Below, in pieces: positions 12,950-23,674 of a stretch of DNA of 38,002 nucleotides (the stretch's first letter is position 1; every line of letters starts with the position of its first letter). The position numbers and the translations under genes are program-made. The notes under the pieces are model-generated. The model had not been told where the DNA came from. It saw nothing but the letters and a program-made list of their open reading frames with translations, and made no database searches. The DNA is from Atractiella rhizophila (lineage: Eukaryota). The DNA lies in assembly GCA_021432655.1 (NCBI GenBank), contig MU271626.1:1-38002 (forward strand), given 5' to 3'.

Positions 12950-13883
12950 ATGGCAGACCAGGATCAGATTGACAGCGAAATGATGGGTCAACCCATCATG
13001 ACAGACCCTGGACACCCTTTCACTTTCAATCGGGAGGTTCCAATGCCTCAACAAACTTACGAGCAGATTACTGCTCCCATGCGAAGTGAGAGGAAGCAAA
13101 ACAGTGCCTGTGGTACGTACCTTTATTCGCGAGGGAACTGGGTATAAATAGAGGCATAGACGCCTGCAGGTTGCGGAAGGTGAAGTGCTTCAAACAACCA
13201 GGTGAAGAGAAGTAGGTACCTTTGGTCACCTTTCTCTTTTGATCGCTTAACTTTATGTGCAAGGTGCCAGCACTGCAAGGCTAAGAAGCTGGAATGCACG
13301 CGATACTACGTTACGCTAGCGTCAAGCTATTCCAATAAACGGGGGACAAAGCGCACCAGGGCTCCGGCCACTGAGGGTTCTTCGTATGCATTCCATACCA
13401 TTCCATACCATTCATCCTCCCTGGTCCAGCAAATTTGAACTGTGTGGCAGAAAATCCGCACGATTGGAACAGTCGTCGACCGTGCCCGCCTCTTTTGAGT
13501 TTAAGGCAGGCAAATACGTTCAGGTTCGACGCACAGAGAAGGGGGATCTCTGGTCTGAAGATCCGCACAAAATCGTTCAAGTGATCTACAAACCTGTAGC
13601 CGTCATCTTGGACGACGAGAAAAACGCAGCAATCTCCATTGACCTAGTTCGTCCCTATATTCAGCCAACCAACGACGGCCCACCTCCTGCTTCTTCACAT
13701 ACCCAGCAGCAGCCGCAAGATCCAAATAGCCCTGAGATGCCTGGCCTCTCCACTTTCTTTCCTCCTACGCAAATGCAGGCGCCATACTCTCAAAATGCCG
13801 AACCATACGACAATCAAAACATTCCCGTCCCACAGGAAAACGGTTCCAACAACTATGGTTATGATGAACATTTTAACGCCTGA
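12950..13883 (+). CDS. Small Zn(II)2Cys6 cluster protein with a C-terminal beta-barrel-like segment (4 exons)
   Basis: Spliced RKQNSAC|DACRLRKVKCFKQPGEEK|CQHCKAKKLECT fits Cx2Cx6Cx8Cx2Cx6C. No middle homology region. Confidence 0.85.
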
Positions 13884-14103
13884 TATACCCTTCTATTTTC
13901 GTTTCAACATTAGGATTTAATTTCTGTGAACATTCTGTTGATCCTGAGTAGCTGTACAGTAGTAGCACGGTGAAGCGCTGAATTCTTGTTCTCAATGAAA
14001 TCATGAACATGATTGTTCACTCTTCGTTCCCGCTTCTTCGATGTGTCTCATCAGATTTCCGATTGTTGGCCCAGTTGAACAAGCAGGCAGCAAAAAATTG
14101 ATA

Positions 14104-15737
14104 TCAACTTGAAAATCCAATCCCTTTGGAGGGATTCTCGGATTGCAATATACTATAACGAGCTACAAGGTCAAACAAATTGTCGCCTCCGGAATTTACG
14201 GTAGCATCGATGAGCGTCCGAATAGCGTGTCTCAGCAACTTTGTCTCCTTGTCATGCTCTAGATTGTGAATAGGTGGAGGGTCTGCAAAACGAAGTAAGC
14301 GCAATACGAAGTCAACTGTCACTTCAGGATCTATCAAAGCAAAAGAACTCATGGGATGGGACAGAATTCAGTACAGCGAAAGAGCGCACCGATAGTGACA
14401 AAGAGGGCGATGTGGTTCTCTCGACAGCTTAGATCGTGACAGACGCCACCTGAAGCTTCAATGTTACAAAGCGTGTTTTGCCAGAAGCTCGGCGGACCCT
14501 TCGCGTTGGCTGAAAATGTTCGTAACGATGAGCTAAAGGAGAGTGAGTCGCCCATCCGCGACTGATCGAAAATCAGGGGCGGAGATTCTTGAGTTTGTGG
14601 ACTCGAAATCAAGGAGCGTAAGCTTGGGTATCTGAAAAACGGCGATATATATGGGCTAAAATTCAGGGAAGAGGACTACCCAGCGATCTCCCTCAGGCAT
14701 TGACAGAAGAAGAAAGAAACCTCACGATGGGCTCCTGATGCACGGCCGAAACTGTTGTTACCGTCATCTCTCCACATATTCACTAATGGTCCATACAACT
14801 TACACTCGTTTCGGAGTGTTTCAGGCTGTGCAGCTGTTAAAGTCAACTGCAAGCGGATCGGGAGGACGGACCTGGCGAGGCGGACTGGTGTTTGTGTCAA
14901 GGGTTTTCACGTCTTTTGAGCTGTCTTCTTCGGAGTGAGCCGACAGCTTTTTGCTCTTCTTCGCTTCCAATCGCGCTATCTCCTCCTTAAGCCTTTGCAC
15001 CTGATCCTCCTTGTATGATACACGAGGTGTGGGCGGAGGAATTCCGATCAAGCTGGATTCTTCGTCCTCCGATAAATCAATGATAAGTTGACTTCCCGTC
15101 GGGAAATGATTGCTTCCCCTAAAGGAATGCTGACGTGGTACAGGTATGGGAGAGGCGACAGTTGCTGCTTTACTGATTAGCAGACGAGGAGAAACACCTC
15201 GACCCTTTTCTTTAGAGTTCGAGGAAGCACTCTGGTTGGACACTAGAGGGCTTGCCGAGACTGTGGGAGAGGGAAGGTTGAGATCACGAAATGCTCTCGT
15301 TACCAATCCTTCGCCTACTCCGACAGACTTGATCAAGTACTCATGTGATACCCCAACTTCTACTAGCTCTTTAATGAGCTTTCTGCACTCCTCATAAAGG
15401 TCTGCTCCCTTCCTACTGGTGCCTATTTACCTATGATCAGATCGAACGGGCATGTCAGCAGAAGGGTACCAGTTGACACGGTTTTGGGATGTCGTGATGG
15501 CGGGTCACTGATTTCCCCTTCTTCAATTTCTCCCTCCTCTTTGGTCTCGACCATTGACACGGAAACAGCCATGGATACTGCGGGGTTTGACAATTCGCGC
15601 TGAGGTTGTGTTGGTTTTCTCCCGTCCGGTTCTGACGTTCCTGCTTGTCGCTTCCTCTTGCGCGACGCCTGAACGAGTTCCTTCAACTTCTGCTCCTGAG
15701 AAACTTGAAGCTCCGTCACCGACCTATTCGCGTTCAT
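14104..15737 (-). CDS. Red1/ZFC3H1-like nuclear RNA-surveillance scaffold (zf-C3H1 domain)
   Basis: EEGEIEEGEISD motif, a coiled coil (LKEEIARLEAKK), FSPYISPFFRYPSLR, and LCNIEASGGVCHDLSCRENH matching the zf-C3H1 pattern LCxxExxGGxCxDxxCxxxH. Confidence 0.72.
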
Positions 15738-15821
15738 CGTTCAGTCTCTGCTGAAACCGCCAAGTTCCGCAACAAAACAACGGCCCCGGCAAACAAGCAA
15801 CAAGCCCTGTTCCTGCAAACG

Positions 15822-16319
15822 ATGAGGAGAAAAGCTGCTCAGATAGACAACTCATTTGCTCAGGCAGTGTACGAAGCAGTTCGCACAGTTCCCCACGGAA
15901 AGGTCTGGCCTTTGAGTTCCCATGAGACCAACCACTGACTCATTCGATGCTTAGGTGACGTCCTATGGTTCCACAATCCACTCTTTCTGTAACACCATTG
16001 TTGACAATCCTGTGAAGGACATATTGCGAAGCTGATTCACCGTCCCAAGAACTGGCGCCTTGTCGGCCAGGTCCTGAAAGAGCTCCCTCGGGGTCGAACG
16101 GACCCTCAAGACGCGTCTCAGTTTGTTCCCTGGCACAGAATTGTCAAGTCGGACGGGAGGATCGCGCCGAGACCTTCCGCAAGTAATCAGGGGGATCAAC
16201 TCAGACTTGAAGGAGTCGAGGTGAACCGCGTTCAAGGATCTGAGGAATATGTGCTTGTTGAAGAACGCGTCAATATGTCCAAGTATGGGTGGTTTCCCAA
16301 TCCTGACGTTTTTGAATGA
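15822..16319 (+). CDS. ATL1: Alkyltransferase-like protein Atl1 (non-catalytic MGMT homologue; includes a ~13-nt micro-exon near 15955-15967)
   Basis: FAQAVYEAVRTVPHGK|VTSY|GHIAKLIHRPKNWRLVGQVL...VPWHRIVKSDGRI...LRLEGVEV. PWHR replaces the catalytic PCHR, which is diagnostic of ATL proteins. Confidence 0.88.
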
Positions 16320-16574
16320 GACAACACTTTGAAAATAAGCAACAGTGAGAGGCAGAGAGATAAAGAAGTAAGGATGTCGTGAATTACAGTACAAACAACA
16401 CAGATTTAGACGTTACGACAAACAAGTTATCCCCATCTCCATGCAAGGGGATGCCAAGGAGATATAAGAATTACATAGAGGGATGGGGAACTTGAACGTC
16501 CTTACAAAAGCAGTGAAATATGAATGTAACATGTAGGCATTTTGAATCGTCTGTCCATTCCCACTTCTGTTTTG

Positions 16575-19500
16575 TCAGTTGAATGATAAAGGAGGTAGAG
16601 CAGGGCTGTTATGAGATCTTGCTCCTTCCCTCCTCTGATGCATCTTGGCAGCGGCAATTCGCCGTTCTGTGGCGGAAACCCCGTCGCACTTTTCGATGAC
16701 TACAGCAGGCAGATCGTAGTGGGCTTTTCGAGCGAGATCAATGTACCGTGCCAACTCGAGATGGACACTTGGGTAATAGGTGGTCGAGCATTTGCGTAAC
16801 GTCTGGTATTGAAAAATCAACTTTGGTGTCGGATGATCGAGGAGACAACTAACCATGAGTATCCTCTCTAAACCGCTCTCAAACAGATCATGATGGAAGC
16901 GATACGCGTCAGTATCTGACGGACAGGTCCTCGCTAAGGCATTGATGAGTTTGAAATGCGTTGCCTGTTCTCGATTCTCAGCTATACGGTCGGACGGCAA
17001 AAACGAACGAACACAATAGGCCATTGCCTCAAACTCCACGCCTCCGGTCATGCCACCTGGTACCTTGGGAGCCTCCATTTCGTCTTGATTCATTTGCCTT
17101 AAATCACCGAATGTATTTTGCGAGTGGCAGAAGACCCTAATTGTTGTACCTTCGGCGGTAGTTATATGGCAGTAGTTAAAACATACCAGAAATAATCCAT
17201 AAGAACACCTAAAAATTCGGAAAGCCAATTCTTGTAAATCCTTGGTCGATGGACCTCTTGCATGAAATCAGGTTTGCTCTCTTGTTTTGGATCCGGCGGG
17301 CCGACAATCAGGCTTCGAACAAGTAAATGCGCTGAGCGTCCTGGTGCAGCCATAGGAGGAGTGGAACTTCTGTAATGCCTAAACTCGGATCTTCTGGGAG
17401 AGCCAGATGGTGAATACCCTCCTCCAACCAGAGGGGAAACGGCTACATCCATATTGGATGTGTGGCTGGCAGGGTGATTCGGGCTAAGTTGGACAGGGAG
17501 TTTCCATTCTTCTGCGTTGAGGGATCGGGTACCATGGGGGAATATTTCGAAGAGTCCCAAAATAAGTTCAACAATAATTTGTCGGATAGGAAGGTCGCCT
17601 GGCTTCTTTTCAGACAAAAGTAACGAGGTGAGCTGAACGAAAGGGGATGGTGAGTGCAACGCAAGAGCGGAGCGACCGGCCTTGACAAATGGTTAAAGAA
17701 AGTGATAGGATTGCTAGGAGCCTCACCTCAGTGGTCAATAAAGCTTTGAGGCATTTCCCAAGCTCATGCAACACCTGATCATCATGTTGCTCTTCCCTCC
17801 ATTCCAATTCCAAAATCTCCTTTAGTTTACCCAACAATCCGCCGTATCCCCCAAGCAAGATCCACTCTTCAATCCAGCTAGGAGGTTCATTCCTCAACAA
17901 TATCCTAAGCTTTTTCACATCCGCTGGCTCGAGCTTCGCCAGGGATCTAACCTTCATAAGGACTGCAAAGTAAGCAGGGCTGGTGTCATCGTATGCAGCA
18001 GAGCTGCCGACATTGCCGCCTCGCGACTTGGGACGGGTGAGATTACTGATGAAAGAGCCGCGAGACGGTGGGCGCTTCGTTGGGGGAGACACTAACTCCC
18101 ATTCGGTTTCCAGTGCGAGATCAGCGAGGGAAGGAGAGGCAGAAACACGGCCATCTGGTGTCACTGGGCGTGAAGGTAGGAGAGAGGCAGCGGACGGAGC
18201 AGTCCGTAAGGTGTGACCGGATTGTTGAGAGCTGGAACGAAGCATGCTCAGTTTGACAGCTGGCTCCAGACTTGCCATTTTGGAACGGACAGAGGCGGGG
18301 ATTTGCATCTTATCCTATGGAACACATCAGTGATGTGGGAAAGTGGGATGTGAAAAAACGTACCATGAGCTTCTCAAAATCCTGATCAACCCCATCGTTC
18401 TTGCCTGCCATGGGACTGCCCAGAGTATTTGCCCTCGCCCGGGACTTGGCATGTCCATCCGATCCCTTGCTTTCATGGTTCTCTGCGCGTTCCGTGTTCC
18501 GCAAAGGCGATGATCCTGTGCTAGGGAACTCGCTTCTACTTCTACTGTGACCATTTGGCCTCGACTTCGTGGGGGTGGACTGCAGCGGCGTTGGATCAGG
18601 AGGTGGGATGTTAGCCGCGGCTCGTTGCACTTTGGCAAAAGTGCGAGAAAGGTCAACCCCTGAGCGGGCTTTCTGGATCGAAGTAGCTTTGGCCATAGGG
18701 GTAGACGTATCCTGTGGGGGTGAAACTGGAGATGTCGATGCCTTGAATGAGATAGGAGTAGTGGATTCATTTGCTCGTAACTGAGGTGATATAGGAGTCG
18801 TGGTGATTTTAAAGGACAAAAGGGTCGACTCGTCCGCTCGCGGAGAATGGGATGTGTACGGCATCATCCGGGGTGAAGGTACAGCTTCAGGAGTTGTCCT
18901 ACTGACAAGTTTGGAGCTTGGTCTATGTCGCCAGTCATCACTTCCACTATTGCTAGTTCGCTCCAGCAGCTTTGGCTCTTCAGGCTTCATTTTGACAGGT
19001 TTCGAACTTGGATGTCCTAGACCGATACCTCCAGGCCCTTTCCCAAAATGAGGCGGTGATGTGGACAGCGTTTGCTTCGTGGGGGAGGAGTACTTGTTGG
19101 GCGAGGACGGCGCGACGACTGAATGCTGCAAAGGTGTAGACGGAGGAGTGATCTCTTTCACAGGGAGGGATGGAGGGACTGGTAAGCTTTGTTGTCTTTT
19201 GACTGGTGGAAGATTGAGACCAAGAAGAGGAGAAGGAGGGCGCGGAACGACGTCTTCCGTAGGGCTGAAAATTGGAGAGTTCGCACGCACCATATCATCC
19301 CCAGTAAGGATGGAAAGATTTGCCACGTTGGAGGGCGATTGAGAACGCTTTTGCTGGAATTCTCCGGCCGTAAACCTCCCGTTCGCAGAGCCAGATGGCT
19401 TATCCGTGAACAACTGAGCCTCGCCTAGAACTTCGTCTCGTTGCCGAAGACGTGAACTTCTTTCCCTTTCATTCTGGTCCAAGTCCCAATGCCCAGGATT

Positions 19501-20163
19501 CAGGGCGACGCTTTGTGGGGGAAAGATAGGACGAGGAGATGGCGGAGCGTTCCTTCGTTCTTTCCCTTGAGAAACAGGAGATATAAAAGGAAGCGCAGAA
19601 GAGTTGGGAGACTGAGCCGTGTATAGAGGCATCCGATGGTAAGACGAGGCATTTGCCTCCATGTCTCTGGTATTTGGGCTTTGTAAAAGAAGTGGCTCGG
19701 GTTTTGCTTCGAAAGCATGTGCGTGGTAAGGCTTGGATGGTGCGAGACTTCCAGAGTCGTAGGCGGATACCAAATCTCGTACGTTTTTCCCTTTCTTTGC
19801 CTCCTTCCCTTGCTTCATTTTGGGTTCCGCCTCCCCTTCGTGAGCTAGAGACTTGTCTTTCGATACCACTTCTCTCGCAGCGCTCAAGAACTTCTTCATC
19901 CCTGCTTGTACCTCGGATGTCTTTATTCCACCACCTCCGCCTCCAGCCCAGACGCTCTTCTTCTTCCCGCCTTTTTCTGGGGATGATGGCGGGGTTCTGC
20001 CATGAGGAGGAGACTTTACCAGTGGAGGAGTCTTGGACGATACCTTTGATGGCGGCCCGGAAGGATTTCCCCATCGAGCTGCATGTCGCGCATCGGCATT
20101 GGGATCATCTGGTATAGAGAATAGCTTGCTGACGAGGCCGGATTGTTTCGTCGGGGAGGCCAT
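16575..20163 (-). CDS. Rid1-like protein: formin GTPase-binding (Drf_GBD/armadillo) domain with a ~600-aa disordered N-terminus and no FH1/FH2
   Basis: FEKLM|DEMQIPASVRSKMASLEPAVKLSML; KKLRILLRNEPPSWIEEWILLGGYGGL...EWREEQHDDQVLHELGKCLKALLTTE; VPGGMTGGVEFEAMAY; LRKCSTTYYPSVHLELARY. Confidence 0.75.
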
Positions 20164-20534
20164 AATCAAACTGCTGGTATTTCGTCGTTGTTTAGTCTCC
20201 ACAGACGCGACGAGAGCACGTGATGCGCATCTGCTTCATGCTGTCCGCGAATGCTGCCAAAGAGTTCAAGTGCCTTGCTAACATAAAGTAAATAGAATCA
20301 CTCAAGAAGTTACTGGGTAGTCAATTGAATTAATATAACTATCATTGTCATTATCGCAGCAGGTAATGTTTATCAGTTGCCCTCACAGATGTTTACGACC
20401 TTCCCGCACACAGGAACAATATTTCCCCTCAGAAGAGCTTAGGCTTTGCAATTGCTTCAAGTGAGACTTCTTATGTCTGGTTCAATAGTAGTGGAATTGT
20501 TCTTATCTAATCGGCCAGATCACAACCAGCTGAG

Positions 20535-21899
20535 ATGTTCAGGGCATGCCTGTTCCGTCCAATCCTTTTGCCGCGACTGTACCACTCTGCAACTCGTGCA
20601 GCGCCGAGTTTTGTTTTCGACATTGTCCGTCCATCCTATGTCCAGCTTTCTTTACTTCGCCAAGTGACCTGCTCGCTCAAACAGGATGGAGTGCTCACAC
20701 TCGGTTCGAAGGCGACACCACGAGCTCAGCAAGCTCTTCAGCTTCTCAACTCGAGGGGAATCAACTGGATGCTCATGACCAATGTACGTTTCGTTTGATT
20801 CAGAACTATCACTCTGACCTGCACAAAAGGGAGGCGGTTCTCTGGAGAGTGAACGAGCTCAGCGGTTAACAAGCCAGCTAGGTGTTGAAGTGCGTTCATT
20901 GTTTTCTGTACACTGTTGAACTTAGGGTTCCAAGGGAGGTAGAAGAAAGGCGACTGCTGCAGGCACATACACCGTTCAAAGATCTCTCTGCACAATTCAA
21001 AAATGCTCCGATCCTGGTAATCGGAGGGCGAGGCAATAAGGGAAGAGAGATCGCAAACGCGTCAGGACATCGTTTTCGTTCCCCTCTCATCACTAACGTT
21101 CATGTTCTCAAGGTATGGGTTCACTCACCCTTTCATACCGTTAGACTTTCTCGATGCCACCCCTTCCTTGTACCCCTTCTATCAGATTTCTGCTGCTGAA
21201 AAAAAGTTCACGCAGCCTCCCGTTGCCTTGGAGGATATCGGGTGCATATTAGTCCTGCATGACTCGCGCAACTGGGGACTAGATACTCAGATTATTTCTG
21301 ACATTATCACTTTATCCAAAGCGGCCGTCAAAATATATTTCTCCAACCCAGATCTTTTGTGGAGCAATGAGTATCCGCTTCCGAGATACGGACAAGGAGC
21401 TTTCCAGGCAGTTGTGAAGACGCTTTGTCAAACGGAGAGCGAGAAGGTGGAGATGTGCGCCAGCTATTCCTCCCAGTTTGCATAGCTAACTTAACCAGAG
21501 TACAATATGGAAAACCTACAAAGAGGGCTTATATATGGGCGGAACGTATGCTTCGAGAAGAAGCGGAACGGCGTAGTCAACAATTAGCAGAGGTATTCAT
21601 GGTAAATTCTTTCTCGTTTTGGACTGCTCAATGTCCATAATGCGCCGCATAGATTGGAGACAATCCTCATAGCGACATAGCTGGAGCAAACGCAATGGGT
21701 TGGACATCGGTTTTGGTAAAAACGGGCGTGTTCCAAGGAGGTGCGAACAGTGAAGAATATCCAGCTGCCAGGGTAGTGGATGATGTTTACGTACGCCGTC
21801 GTCCTTGTTCTCCCTGTTGTCTGTTGTCTCACATTCGATTCGAAACGAGCATAGGATGCAGTAAAGTGGGCTTTGAAGAAGTCAACAGAATCATCATAG
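20535..21899 (+). CDS. HAD-IIA hydrolase (HDHD5/CECR5-like), probably mitochondrial
   Basis: Arg-rich presequence; FVFDI|DGVL; LMTN|GGG; HDSRNWGLDTQI; FSNPDLLWSNEYPLPRYGQGAF; YGKP; IGDNPHSDIAGAN; SVLVKTGVF. Confidence 0.9.
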
Positions 21900-22081
21900 G
21901 GTCCTGTTTCCGTTCCTCTCCACGCTCGAAATCCCCATTAGCACGGTTGGGAGTGTTTGACTTCAGTCGAACCACAGGTAAAATTGTCAAATAAGACATC
22001 ACACCTCTCCGAATGTCTTACAGCATTGGCATAGTAGAAGCGAAACATATGTTGCATGAGCATATAGGTAAAAGACATGGA

Positions 22082-23366
22082 TCACTCGTCCCCGTCTGCA
22101 GAGGACTTGATGAGAGCAATCTTGGCTTTAACGTTTCTAATACACTCCTCAGTTCATCAGGCATGAAAGATAATAGTTGACGTACTCTGCCCTTTGTTCC
22201 TTGGTGAGTTTGGTCGCTTTGTACTTGCGACTTTCAGCCTTCCACTTTTCGACGTCCTTGGGAGTGGGTTTTGCGAGCGGATCCTCCCGAATCTTTTGGT
22301 GAGCCTCCTTATAAATGTCCTCAATGTCCGCACTGCTGATATCTTCTTCCATATACTTGGCAAATTGCTTCTTGAACCTCTCGTCATCTTCTTCCTCAAG
22401 CGACTCCATGTACTCCGAGACATGCAGACCGTAAATGTAGTTTTTAAGGACTTCTGAGTCGAGCTCTTTACTCTCAGGGTCGTAACCAGGGAATCTGGAA
22501 CAAGTTCAATCAGCATAGTTTCTGATGGACCTGTAGTGACACACCTGTTTTCGGAGTGAGGGATAAGGATTCCACCATCACTTGCCCCTTTCAATGCGCC
22601 GAAAACACGCGATCCAGTGGATGTGCGCTTAAGACCAGTGTCTTTACTGCCACTAAGAAAGGTATGCGACAAATCACAACAGCATCACTCACCAAGATAA
22701 CACTTGAATGGGCGGGGACCATCCTCAATAGGATCAACTAAAGATATGGTTCCATCAGGCTCAGTTTGACCCTGGTACTTATCGGCCAAGCCTAGTTTAG
22801 TCAGGGCCCGGCGGGCGACGAGAAGTCCGGTTGCGTAAGCGGAGGCCCAGTTCGTCAATCCGACTTTAATACCGTAATTTGGTAGTTCGTGAGCGTATGC
22901 AGCTGCTAGGACGAAGTCGCCCTGAAGCTTCGCGTGAACAATCTATCGATAGTTGTCAGCTCTACCCCCAAGAAAGAGTTAACATACCTGACAGATGATA
23001 TCCTTGTTCGTAAAGCGAACAACCAGCCGATACTTTGGTGAGGAATACTTGTTCTTCGCCTGCGCAATTAAGCGTTTACGAGCGTAGTAGTCCGTCTTTC
23101 CCTCTGCCGCCGCCCAAATTATCAGCTGGGAGTTTCATTTAATAACACAGCATAATGTAATTGGTAAGTTCAGATAGGAGCGAAAGACTATTGATGATTG
23201 TGTTCTCCATGACTAGTAGGTCAGATTGAACTATGCATTTTCTTCGACATCATCCCGACAATTTGACCCATAACAAAGCGTTGAAATGCTCACCCCGTCG
23301 TCTCCGGTATTTTACTTGGTACCTCGAGTAGTAAGCGTCATTCTTGACCAACTTGACAAAAGCCAT
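22082..23366 (-). CDS. RPL5: 60S ribosomal protein L5 (uL18), multi-exon, plus a 5'UTR intron ~23378-23454
   Basis: [108 protein letters not shown]. Confidence 0.97.
23167..23257 (-). ncRNA. snR60: Intronic box C/D snoRNA, snR60/SNORD80-like double guide
   Basis: Lies in the unusually long (190-nt) RPL5 intron 23104-23293. Order: C-like box ATGATGT (23253-23247), guide GCATAGTTCA + D' CTGA, then guide AGTCTTTCGCTCCTAT + D box CTGA (23173-23170). The guides are complementary to the conserved LSU rRNA segments UGAACUAUGC and AUAGGGGCGAAAGACU. Confidence 0.88.
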
Positions 23367-23674
23367 CGCGAAATACCTGGTTCCAAGTTAGAGCAGCTGA
23401 ATGGAAGGGAATGTGACATACAATAATGACGACGAAGTATGAATGTAAACCTACCTCAGAAATGAAGGGTTCAGAAGAAGAATAAGGAGAAGTCGGGATG
23501 GTGAATCTCAGATGGGTGACAGAAAAACAGAAGCCACGGACATTTAGGTTCTCGGATCTTTAGAATTCACATGAAATCTGCCTCTTCTGGGGTCGAACAA
23601 ACCACAACCACGGACAAATTAGGGATCCTTATCATCGAAAAACGAAGAGTTGCCTTGTTGTCTAGCAAGCCTTG

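Noticed and set aside
15822..16319. Catalytic O6-methylguanine methyltransferase (MGT1)
   Set aside because: The active-site motif is PWHR, not PCHR, so it is an alkyltransferase-like protein.
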